In this document: positions 1-39,441 of the stretch, in pieces
Layout of the letters: each line of letters begins with the position of its first letter
How positions within the stretch are numbered: position 1 is the stretch's first letter
NCBI RefSeq assembly: GCF_009914755.1
Contig: NC_060936.1
From: the human T2T-CHM13v2.0 reference genome, Homo sapiens
Strand: one strand, 5' to 3'
DNA length: 64,000 nucleotides
Notes under the pieces: generated by a model
What the model was told of the DNA's origin: nothing
What the model saw: only the letters and a program-made list of their open reading frames with translations
Databases searched by the model: none
Position numbers and translations under genes: made by a program

Positions 1-596
1 CCTCTGGTTGCGTCATTGAGCTCATGGTGGCAGAGGCAAGACATGGTTTGTCTCGAGCTGAATGACCTTGGATAAGATCCTTAAGTGTACTTAAACCTCA
101 GTGTCTTCATCTGTAAGATAGAGATAATAATAGCACCAACCTCACAAGCTTGTCATGAATATTGAATGACATCAGAAATGCAAAGTGCCTGCCTACATCA
201 AGAACCTAAAAACTGCCTTTTATTATTGCAGATCTTCTGTGAGTCATGCTTAGTGCTAAGAACACATTACATAGCCTCAACCCATACCGGCTGGGTAGGG
301 AGACAGGGCACATATATGAAAAACTATCATTGATAATACAAGGTAGACAACTGTCACATGAATAGCATAAATGCATGTTACGGAAAACCCAGGGAAGAAA
401 TAAACACAAAATTATTTAAAAAATTAATTAGATTACAGATGGTAGTCCAGAAAGAGCAGGCAATTTTACCAATATTAAAAGCAGTTTTTGAAAAAGAAAT
501 AAAATCCAAGTCTTCTGGTTCATATGGTAGGATTTTTTAAAATAAAACTATGCCACAATAATATTAAGGAAAATAATCTTAACAACAGCAGTGGTT

Positions 597-915
597 GCCT
601 GGGTGCAGTGGCTCATACCTACAATCCCAGCACTTTGGGAGGCCAAGGCAGGAAGATTACTTGAGGCTAGGAGTTGGAGGCAAGCCAGCCTGGGTGACAT
701 AGTGAGGCCATATCTCTACAAAAAAAAAAAAAAAAAAATTAGCTAGGCATGGTGGTGTGGCCCCTGTAGTCCTAGATGCTCAGGATGCTTAGTCAGGGGG
801 ATTGCTTAAGCCTAGGAGTTTGAGGCTTCAGTAAGCTGTGATTGCGCCAACCTGGGTGAAAGAGCAAGACCTTGTTTCTTAATAAACAACAAACAAACAG
901 AAAAACAAAAAAACA
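597..915 (+). mobile_element. Alu (J-like)
   Basis: Alu dimer with A-rich linker and (AAAC)n tail; TSD aacaacag(c/t)agt. Confidence 0.9.
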
Positions 916-1672
916 ACAGTAGTAATTAACACTTTGAAGTCACCTTTTACGAGCTAGGCATTTTATACACATTATCTTATTAAATCCTCACAATAACTGT
1001 AGGAGGGAGGTACTATATTTTCCCCTATTTTACAGATGAGAAAATTGAGGTGCAGGAAGATAAGTAACTTGTCCAAAGTCCTACAGCCGGAAAGTGGCTG
1101 AACCAGGACTTAAACCCAGGTTTCCAAGCAATCACAATGGGAAGTTGAAGGGGAGAGGAGAACAGGGTAAGCAGGAGCCAGGGAAATGACAGGCCAACTC
1201 TTAGTGGGGCATTCATGGCAAGTTAACGGGCCTCCTTTACTGGAAGAGGAAATTCAAGTAGAGGAGTTAGCAGACACAGAACAGTGTATAAAGCAGGCGA
1301 AAGGAGGCTCTGAATGCCAGTCCAGACAGCGAAGTTTCTATTTGTCTGTTGTTTGGTTGGGGAGAAGACAGGAACAGAAGACAGGAGTCTGACAATTCTG
1401 TAGTTAAGGGGTTTTTTTAGACTCATCTGGTCACAGACAGAATGAAGAGGAAGGGTCCAGTGGCAGGGAGACCAGTCAGTGGCTAAGGCAGCAGCTCTGA
1501 GGAAGGATGAGGTGTTTTTCAGGTGTTCCCCAACTTGCCAGGGACACACAGCCACAAATCCACCTCCCAGTCTCACCACAGAGCATCAAGAAACTGATAC
1601 TCTCTATCCATCTCTCCCTACAGGCTGTAGTACTTCTGTGTCCATAGCAGTAGACAAAGTCCTTTGGGAACC

Positions 1673-25713
<24,041 letters not shown>

Positions 25714-25876
25714 TTTGATAACAAAGCTGAAGGGTTAAGCAGTAATATGGTTGCTTTCTTTTAGTATTTGTTCCGATAATTCAGCGACTACTCTCTTAAA
25801 ATGTTTAAGATCTTTCCTGCTTGAAAACTCAACTGTTGATTTTTTGGTTTTTACTTAGCTAAAAAGTTTAAAAGTA

Positions 25877-26050
25877 AATAAAAGCCTCAAAAACGTATGG
25901 ATGAAAATTGTTATAATGACCAAACTGACAAAGGTAATGATGATGATTTGTAGTGTTTAAAATAGCAGGAATAAAATGATTGCTTAGAACAAGAAAGTGC
26001 ACATTGAATCTGTATTTCATTTACCTTGTGCCTGATTGATTCAAAATAAA
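25877..26050 (+). terminator. Candidate ACSM4 polyadenylation signals (AATAAA at 25877, 25970, 26045)
   Basis: Three AATAAA hexamers 160-340 nt downstream of the stop codon. Confidence 0.6.
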
Positions 26051-26214
26051 CATATATCCTAAGAGAAATGTTCAAGACAATTTCTTCTGCTTAACATCTT
26101 TATGAGACCAAACTTCAAGACATTAAAGTAAGGAGTATAAATAATTCAAAAATTAGCGAGTTTAATGAAATTAAGTACTGTATTATTGTGCCTCATTTTG
26201 AAGCAAACTAACTG

Positions 26215-26530
26215 TAAAATATCTGAATGTATACATCTGTATATATGTATATATATCTGTATATATACACATATGTGTATATATGTATATATACTGTATA
26301 TCTAGATACATATATACATATGTGTATATACACATATGTATATATAGATATATCTGTATTAACTCTGCAATACTGATGTATCTGTATATATACATATGTA
26401 TATATCTGTATATAAATATATATATCTGAATGTATATATACACATATGTATCTATATATACACATATATACATCTATATACATATACATATATATACATC
26501 TGAAAGTGTATATGTATATATATACACATA
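26215..26530. repeat. (TA)-rich degenerate tandem repeat
   Basis: Repeated TATATACACATATG / ATATCTG units. Confidence 0.9.
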
Positions 26531-26609
26531 AAGCAAGAGATTTACTAAGAGGCCAAAAGAAAGAAAAAGTACAGAATACCAATCTTTAGGGAACAAATTT
26601 ACTTTTATT

Positions 26610-26760
26610 TTTTATTTTCTTTTTCTTTTTTTTTTTTCAGCTATTAGTGGTTTATTTGCTTCAGTACCATATTTAATTTTTTTTTCTTTTTTTTCTTTTA
26701 TTATTATACTTTAAGTTTTAGGGTACATGTGCACATTGTGCAGGTTAGTTTTATTTTTCT
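26610..26760 (-). mobile_element. Very short L1PA 3' end (about 55 nt) with two poly(A) tracts and intervening unique DNA
   Basis: TTATACTTTAAGTTTTAGGGTACATGTGCACATTGTGCAGGTTAGTT is the reverse complement of the L1PA 3' terminus; T-tracts at 26621-26637 and 26677-26699. Confidence 0.85.
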
Positions 26761-28166
26761 AAAAATATCAGGAACTATGAAAAAGAAGCTTGATATTTGG
26801 CCATACCAAAAGCAAAATACAAGTAAAAATAACATTTGAAAACCATTTTTAACCTTAGAGAAACATATATTAAAATACAAAGCTTAACATTCTTTCCTCT
26901 ATAAAGCTAAGCAAATTTTCTAAACCACAAGACTGCAGTTGTTTTTTTTGTTTGTTTGTGTTTTTTTTAACTGACATAATTTTTTAAAAGAAAAACCTAA
27001 AGGGGGAAAAGAAAGCACTCAATTCTTACCCTGGAATCTCATCACTTATCAAGTAACATGCTCAAATGTCAGTAAAAATAAATAGTTGATAAACCTGAAA
27101 ACAAATTTTTTAATGAGTTCAGGTTATAACCCAACACAGGATTTTATAGCTGGGAAAGAAGAGCTTGTATAACAACCGAGGCTTACCAAATACAAATAAA
27201 TATAAAAGCCTAATAAAAACAAACTATCAAATCAAAATCTTTCTGCAGCAGCTTTCACAAAGTGAAAACAACTCAGTTCCACGGAGCTGTATGTTCTGTA
27301 GGCATATGGCTAATTTTATTCTGAGTCCTTTGGTCTTATACTATCAAAAGAATCTTTGTCTTGGAGCAAGTCTACTGAAGAAGGCACCAAAATCCTATCC
27401 TCCCTATTCACCTAAGTGATTTTAATAATCCTCTTATCAATCCTTTCAAGGTAACTTCAACATCAGTAAGAGTTAACATTCTAAATATCTAAAGCTATGG
27501 AAGGAAGGTCCTGCCTATTCTCTTTGCCCCTCTCAAATCCTTCTAGTCTGGTTTACCAAGCAAAAACACTAGCTAGGAGGCTAAAAATATATTCCTATGT
27601 TCACTAGCCATTAAATAAACATAGCCACCTGTGTGGGAAGCCTAACATTTTTACTACTTTTCAAAACTTAATAATAAGTCCATTTCCGTAAGCTAACTTT
27701 ACAGCCCCTCAATATTCTTAATCTAGACAGTTTACTTCACAGACTTTGTTGGTGTCTGTCTCTTCTAGCCTTTTTCAATTGTTTTACCCAGGAACAGTCC
27801 TTGAAAAAGCTTTCAAATTCAGGGAACCCCTGCAGGGAACCCTCATGGTAAGTGAGTGTTAGGATTAAGTTGAAGAATACTCCTATTTCACAGAAACCTA
27901 GAACTGTCTAACTAGGGCTGAGTTCACTCTCTTCCTTCAGAGATAAAATTTCAGGCTGAGCAAATTTAGAGAAAGGGTTCCTCATCCAGTCATACACTAG
28001 CACTGGGAAAAGGAGAGAAAATGCTATTTAATTTGGTTTTGTGGTTCCTCCAGGTGGGTTATATAGCAAGATTTGAGAGTTGTACCCTTCATGCTGAAGT
28101 CCAAGTGGCTACAAAAACATTTCAAGAGTTCCTCTGGCAAGGTGGCAGGTCAGTTTCCTTTTAGAA

Positions 28167-28592
28167 CTAAGACTCGAGTCTACAGCTCCCAGCATGAGTG
28201 ACGCAGAAGACGGATGATTTCTGCATTTCCAACTGAGGTACCAGGTTCATCTCACTAGGGAGTGCTGGACAGTGGGTGCAGGACAGTGGGTACAGTGCAC
28301 CGTGCACGAGCTGAAGCAGGGCGAGGCATCGCCTCACCCAGGAAGCAAAAGGGGTCAGGGAAGTCTCTTTCCTAGTGAAAGAAAGGGGTGACGGATGGCA
28401 CCTAGAAAATTGGGTCACTCCCACCATAATACTGCACTTTTCCAATGGGCTTAACAAATGGCACACCAGGAGATTATATCCCACACCTGGCTCAGAGGGT
28501 CCTACGCCCACAGAGCCTCGCTCATTGCTAGCACAGCAGTCTGAGATCAAACTGCAAGACGGCAGCGAGGCTGGAGGAGGGGCGCCTGCCAT
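28167..28592 (-). CDS. L1 antisense ORF0, open 141-codon version
   Basis: MAGAPPPASLPSCSLISDCCASNERGSVGVGPSEPG... matches the primate L1 ORF0 N-terminus; Kozak GCAATGG. Confidence 0.7.
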   Translation of the reverse strand: MAGAPPPASLPSCSLISDCCASNERGSVGVGPSEPGVGYNLLVCHLLSPLEKCSIMVGVTQFSRCHPSPLSFTRKETSLTPFASWVRRCLALLQLVHGALYPLSCTHCPALPSEMNLVPQLEMQKSSVFCVTHAGSCRLES

Positions 28593-29165
28593 TGCCCAGG
28601 CTTGAGTAGGTAAACAAAGTGGCCAGGAAGCTCAAACTGGGTGGAGCCCACCACAGCTCCAGGAAGCCTGCCTGCCTCTGTAGGCTCCACCTCTGGGGGC
28701 AGGGCACAGACAAACAAAAGGCAGCAATAACCTCTGCAGACTTAAATCCCTGTCTGACAGCTTTGAAGAGAGCAGTGGTTCTCCCAGCATGCAGCTTGAG
28801 ATCTGAGAACAGGCAGACTGCCTCCTCAAGTGGGTCCCTGACCCCTGAGTAGCCTAACTGGGAGGCACCCCCCAGTAGGGGCGGACTGACACCTCACACG
28901 TCCGGGTACTCCCCTGAGACCAAACTTCCAGAGGAACGATCAGGCAGCAGCATTTGCGGTTCACCAATATCCGCTGTTCTGCAGCCACCGCTGCTGATAC
29001 CTAGGCAAACAGGGTCTGGAATGGACCTCCAGCAAATTCCAACAGACCTGCAGCTGAGGGTCCTGACTGTTAGAAGGAAAACTAACGAACAGAAAGGACA
29101 TCCACACCAAAAACCCATCTGTATGTCACCATCGTCAAAGACCAAAGGTAGATAAAACCACAAAG

Positions 29166-30182
29166 ATGGGGAAAAAACAGAGCAGAAAAACCGGAAAATC
29201 TAAAAATCAGAGCGCCTCTCCTCCTCCAAAGGAATGCAGCTCCTCACCAGCAACAGAACAAAGCTGGACGGAGAATGACTTTGACAAGTTGAGAGAAGAA
29301 CGCTTCAGAAGATCAAACTACTCTGAGCTAAAGGAGGAAGTTCGAACCAATGGCAAAGAAGTTAAAAACCTTGAAAAAAAATTAGATGAATGGATAACTA
29401 GAATAACCAATGCAGAGAAGTCCTTAAAGGACCTGATGGAGCTGAAAACCACGGCATGAGAACTATGTGACGAATGCACAAGCCTCAGTAGCCAATACAA
29501 TCAACTGGAAGAAAGGGTATCAGCAATGGAAGACGAAATGAATGAAATGAAGCGAGAAGAGAAGTTTAGAGAAAAAAGAATAAAAAGAAATGAACAAAGC
29601 CTCCAAGAAATATGGGACTATGTGAAAAGACCAAATCTACATCTGATTGGTGTACCTGAAAGTGACGGGGAGAATGGAACCAAGTTGGAAAACACTCTGC
29701 AGGATATTATCCAGGAGAACTTCCCCAATCTAGCAAGGCAGGCCAACATTCAAATTCAGGAAATACAGAGAACGCCACAAAGATACTCCTCGAGAAGAGC
29801 AACTCCAAGACACATAATTGTCAGATTCACCAAAGTTGAAATGAGGGAAAAAATGTTAAGGGCAGCCAGGGAGAAAGGTCAGGTTACCCACAAAGGGAAG
29901 CCCATCAGACTAACAGCTGATCTCTCAGCAGAAACTCTACAAACCAGAAGAGAGTGGGGGCCAATATTCAACATTCTTAAAGAAAAGAATTTTCAACCCA
30001 GAATTTCATATCCAGCCAAACTAAGCTTCATAAGTGAAGGAGAAATAAAATACTTCACAGACAAGCAAGTGCTGAGAGATTTTGTCACCACCAGACCTGC
30101 CCTAAAAGAGCTCCTGAAGGAAGCACTAAACATGGAAAGGAACAACCAGTACTAGCCACTGCAAAAACATGCCAAATTGTAA
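29166..30182 (+). pseudogene. L1 ORF1p, disrupted by in-frame stops at about 29457 and 30153
   Basis: MGKKQSRK...; 1017-nt frame equals the canonical 338-codon ORF1 but has internal TGA and TAG. Confidence 0.92.
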
Positions 30183-30245
30183 AGACCATTGATGCTAGGA
30201 AGAAACTGCATCAACTAATGAGCAAAATAACCAGCTAACATCATA

Positions 30246-33793
<3,548 letters not shown>

Positions 33794-34020
33794 ACAATGA
33801 GAACACATGGACACAGGAAGGGGAACATCACACACTGGGGACTGTTGTGGGGTGAGGGGAGCAGGGAGAGACAGCATTAGGAGATATACCTAATGCTAAA
33901 TGACAAGTTAATGGGTGCAGCACACCAATGTGGCACATGTATACATATGTAACTAACCTGCACATTGTGCACAGGTACCCTAAAACTTAAAGTATAATAA
34001 TAATAATTAAAAAAGAAAAA

Positions 34021-35685
34021 GAGGACACAAACAAATGGAAAAACATTCCATGCTCATGCATAGGAAGAATCAATATCGTGAAAATGGCCATACCTTGTAA
34101 AGTAATGCTATTCCCATCAAGCTACTATTGACTTTCTTCACAGAATTAGAAAAAAACTACTTTAAAGTTCATATGGATCCAAAAGAGGGCCCGTATAGCC
34201 AAGACAACCCTAAGCAAAAAGAGCAAAGCTGGAGGCATCATGCTACCTGACTTCAAACTATGCTACAAGGCTACAGTAACCAAAATAGCATGGTAATGGT
34301 ACCAAAACAGATACATAGACCAATGGAACAGGAGAGAGGCCTCAGAAATAACACCACACATCGAGAACCATCTGATCTTCCACAAACCTGACAAAAACAA
34401 GTAATGGGGAAAGGATTCACTATTTAATAATGATGTTGGGAAAACTGGCTAGCCATATGCAGAAACAAAAACTGGACCCCTTCCTTACACCTTAAACAAA
34501 AATTATCTCAAGATGGATTAAAGACTTAAATGTAAGACCTAAAACCATAAAAACCCTAGAAGGAAACCTAGGCAATACCATTCAGGACATAAGCACGGGC
34601 AAAGACTTCATGACTAAAACACCAAAAGCAATGGCAACAAAAGCCAAAATTGACAAATGGGATCTAGTTAAACTAAAGAGCTTTTGCACAGCAAAAGAAA
34701 CTACCATCAGAGTGAACAGGCAACCTACAGAATGGGAGAAAATTTTTGCAATCTATCCATCTGACAAAGGGCCAATATCCAGAATCTACAAGGAACTTAA
34801 ACAAGTTTATGAGAGAAACACAAACAATCCCATCAAAAAGTGGGCAAAGGATATTAGCAGACACTTCTCAAAACAAGACATTTATGCAGCCAACAAACAT
34901 ACCAAAAAAAGATCATCACTGGTCATTAGAGAAATGCAAATCAAAACCACAATGAGATACCATCCCACGCCAGTTAGAATGGTGATCATTAAAAAGTCAA
35001 GAAACAAGAGATGCTGGAGTGGATGTGGAGAAATAGGAACGCTTTTACACTGTTATTAGTAGTGTAAATTAGTTCAACCACTGTAGAAGACAGTGTGGCG
35101 ATTCCTCAAGGATCTAGAACCAGAAATACCATTTGATCCAGCAATCCCATTATTGGGTGTATACCCAAAGGATTATAAATCATTCTACTATAAAGTCACA
35201 TACACACGTATGTTTATTGCAGCACTATACAATAGCAAAGACTTGGAGCCAACCCAAATGTCCATCAATGATAGACTGGATAAAGAAAACGTGGCACATA
35301 TACACCATGGAATAGTATGCAGCCATAAAAAAGAATGAGTTCATGTGCTTTGCAGGGACATGGATGAAGCTGGAAACCCTCATTCTCAGCGAACTAACAC
35401 AGGAACAGAAAACTGAACACCGCATGTTCTCACTCACAACTGGGAGCTGAACAATGAGAACACATGGACACAGGGAGGGGAATGTCACACACTGGGGCTT
35501 GTCGGAGGAAGAAGGGCAAGGGGAGGAATAGCATTAGAAGAAACACTGAATGTAGATGATGGATGATGGGTGTAGCAAACCACCATGGCACATGTATACC
35601 TATGTAACAAACCTGCACATTCTGCACACGTATCCCAGAACTTAAAGTATAATTTTTAAAAATAAATAAATAAAAAGAAAAAGAA
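34021..35685 (+). mobile_element. 5'-truncated older LINE-1 (L1PA6/7-like), ORF2 3' part and 3'UTR
   Basis: Begins in ORF2 (GAGGACACAAACAAATGG), ends CCCAGAACTTAAAGTATAAT plus A-rich tail. Confidence 0.9.
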
Positions 35686-36166
35686 ATTGTTCCCTTCATG
35701 TTGACACATGTTTTGGGGAGATTTCATGATACACAGGAGATATTCCTGACATGAATAAGCATGTTAAGACAGGGAATGCCAGGAATTTTAGGGAAAAAAA
35801 CTTGAAGTCTTTATTCAGGAAAATATGCTTTCCTTGGTGCTTCAACTTAGATAACACTTTGCTGAGTAAGATTGGCTCTAGGGCTGAGAAGTCTAGGGAA
35901 ACAGGCCCTTCCCTTTGTACACAGATGTGGTTCTTTTGCAGTGAGATGCTTACTCTGAATATCTGTCTAGTAACCTACCTTCCTCCTGGTCTACCCCGCT
36001 GATCTAGTGTTTTAGGCTCAATAGACCTGTGGTGGAAGGGAAACTGCCTGAGATTTATCATTCCTATATGGCACATATGGGATGAGGCTTAGCCAATTTC
36101 CACCCAGATCTTCAGCACTCCCATTGTGTCTGAAGTTGTGATTTCATCACTTTAATCACCTAGGAG

Positions 36167-39136
36167 ATGGCAGAGCTGGGCAGAGAATTCCATGTCCTCT
36201 CTCACATCCTAATGGTGGTGGTTGAACCAGGAGCCAGTTTATTCCCAAATGGTGTTCCTTGGCTCTATGCTGTGTTTGCTGTGCTTTTTGTATTTTTTCT
36301 TTTTGCCATGTTATCTCCCTTTTTACTTGAGATAGACCAGCACATAAAGAAATGTAAGTGTCATGGTGGGCCTGAGGGCACAGGGAAATATAGTGAGATA
36401 ATAAATGTATGAAGAGAGGGCAAGATACCTATTATAATGTGAGAAACAAGAAAATAATGCTTGCTCTTCTCTGGTCTCCAAGGCTCAATGACCCTGGACT
36501 TAGAGTTCTTAGAAATTATAATCTTATATACAATTTAAATACTTGGAGGACACAGAACAAAACTAGACTAAGAAGTCCATTCCTAGTATCCTTGTGGAGC
36601 ATAAGAAAGTATCTTGGGCCCTGACTGAACCAATAGTAATACCCACTATAAAGATATGGGACACTGTTTGGAATCTGGGGATATTTGAGAGAGTTTTCAG
36701 ATGATAGTCTCTGATGCAGTATGCTTTGTCTTAGTCTTGATCAGATGCAGGTATTCTCTGCATAACACTGTGCATAAGGACAAAAAAAACAGTGAGATAA
36801 AGATGGACCATCTAGAAAGGCCAGGTAAGTATTCTTTGCCCTTCACCTCTGGGTTATTTTGGCCATAAGCTGGCAACTCTAGTCAGTTCCACAGTCTATG
36901 TGCCAGATAGCTAACCCCATGCTCAGTTCTGGTCTCAGTGAAACAGTCTCTTCAAAGTGTGTGCATGACCTCTCTTCCTCTAAGCTTAGACTAAGACCAC
37001 TGAGACTTCTCTCTAGAGAGAATATTTTTCAGGCAGAGGTTTGATTCTGAGCCCCCTTAACTCTTGCTGGTTGAAAAGTTTCTTTTGCCATTTATACTTG
37101 TGATATTTCTCTTCCTAATAGGGAGGTTGCCTCTTATGTGACTCAGTGACTTAGATATCATTTTTTCATGCTAGACAATGAAAAGAAAGGTGGCTTGTCT
37201 CCAGGAAGTGGTTATAAATTTGCTTTTGTGATAGGATAAGGGCAGAGGGACTTTGTAGGTATGAGATCATCATACAAACAGCCTGAGGAGACTGAAAGTC
37301 CACTTTTTTGGGTGACATTACGACCATGTGTTAATCATAATTCCTGCAGGTTGTGTATATTATGGAACCTGCCTCTCCAGTCAAGGTCAGCTCTAAGTTC
37401 CTTTTCTGCTGTCTTTTTGGCTCCCTCATAAGATCACAGAGAGGGAACATGCTAAATTCCAGGGTTCTTTGTGCCCACTGCTGCACAACTTTTTATGGAT
37501 ATGTCCTATAGATACCCTGAAGAGGTTTCCCTCATACAAAATGAAAATGCCTAGTCTGTAAAAGGTTCTTGTGTTGCTTTGAGATAAGTAAAACAGGGTG
37601 AAAATACATTTCTGTCTGAGTACATATTTGGATTTGGGAACATTTTTGCTTATTAACTCAAGGGAAGAATGGTACCACATTTTTGGGTTGTCGCCTCCCC
37701 ACCATAATAAAAGTATATGATGATTTCAATTGTAGACCATCAGAATGTCTCTCCAAACACTGCAATTACATAAATTAGAATATATAATTTATAGTGAGAA
37801 TATATAATTTAATACTTATAGTTGGAAAAGTGTATTACCGCAAAGTTCACATGAAGTCACTGTAACTCCCAGTTGTTTGTACAAATGTCTTTAATTCCTC
37901 ACTTCAATTCATGTACCACTTCCTCACCTGCTATTGTTCCTGAGACTGTTGTTTGCCCTTAGAACCCATAGGCAGAGGAACAATACTCCAAGAGATGATT
38001 TCAAAGGGCTCTCAAATGGGTGGCTTTGTCTGAAGCTTTCCATTCCAGCAATGAGTGAGAGGAGTATCTCCCCCATGGAAGGGCAGAGAGACCCAGGCTT
38101 ATTATCAAGGGCTTCTTGTAAATGACCAAGAGCATTTCAGAGAGTTCAGAATCTGAATCGGCTCATATCTCTCTTATACGTCAACTTCCACTTTTCTGCA
38201 AGTTGGTGTATGAGACAGAAGCCTACTCAGAATCTGAATATGCCTCCCACAACCCCATTCCCATTCACTGATGCATACAAATTATGCTATTATGACCACA
38301 TTTTCCAAATTCAAATGTTAGTTCTTTGGACCATCAAATGACTTTTGTGCTAATTCTGTATGTGTCCAAAGTGTGGGAAGTTGCTAAAATATGGACATAT
38401 TTTTGACATTTTCCTACCTTATGGTGACCATTGCTCCTAGTATAATAGATTAATTTTCTTTACTTAAGTTTCTTGGGTTGGATGAGAAGAACATTAGTCC
38501 AGATTTTAAAAATAAAGTCACAGAACATTAGCTCTAGAAGCAGTAGAGCTGATGTAGAAAATATCTATTTATTTTCTGTTTGTTATGTAAGATAAAAGTT
38601 GTGGGACATTTGACGACTTTCAGAGTTCAGGTAACATTCATTTATGGACAATCTATACAGGTTGGGATTATCTGCATAGATATGGGAATCAGGACATAAT
38701 TGCAAAGAAAGAGTTGACCTGTCACTGAGGAACAAATGTTCTGGAACTGTGGTTTCCTCTTTTCCATTTTTTTGTGTATTCAGCTTGAGAAATAATAATC
38801 TCTTGTAACAAATATTTTCCAGACTATGGGTCAAGAGTTACATAGTCCTGTCCTAACATGATAGCTCTAAGTGTTTTATGATGTACAGAAATTTTTACAA
38901 TCTGTATCTCTTGCATTGTTTCTGCTGTCTAAAATGTGTGCAGCCATTCTGCTAGGTCACAGATATAACCAAGCAATTTTCTTGTTGTTTCAGGCTGTCC
39001 TCTGGAGTCACCAAGGAGAGGAGTTCTGGGAGGGAAGAAAAATGGGATGGGAAACGACCCATTACTATTTGTGAAAGTGACAAAAGAACCCAGGGATTCT
39101 GAGGCTGAAATCTATACCCCTGGGCCTTCAGTTTGA
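36167..39136 (+). CDS. Putative 3-exon small single-pass membrane protein, 139 aa (exons 36167-36353, 36735-36824, 38994-39136)
   Basis: Strong Kozak GAGATGG; both donors GTAAGT; acceptors tgctttgtcttag and ttttcttgttgtttcag; matching phase-1 junctions keep the frame open; hydrophobic W32-L54; AATAAA at 39236-39241. Confidence 0.55.
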
Positions 39137-39441
39137 GAGTCATTTAGCCTATATGGAATTACCTGTGACATTACATTCCAGAGAGATGAGAAATTCTGAG
39201 ACCCTTATTATCGATGTTTATATTGAAAAAATGGTAATAAATATTTTGAGACTCTCAGAAAAGTTCAGTGTTACCAAGAAATTTGTTGAACTTCTAACTT
39301 CTTCCACACAACTGATTTTAGTCAGTTCAAATCTCACACTATATGACTCAGCAAACTCTGAATCCCAGGCCACAGCTGAGTCCTTCCTCTCTCCCCACTC
39401 AAGATGGTCACACAGAAATATCACCCAGACATTCTAAAATG

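Noticed and set aside
26183-26582. Tyr/Ile-rich ORFs; also 11785-12129
   Set aside because: Translations of TA and GATA simple repeats.
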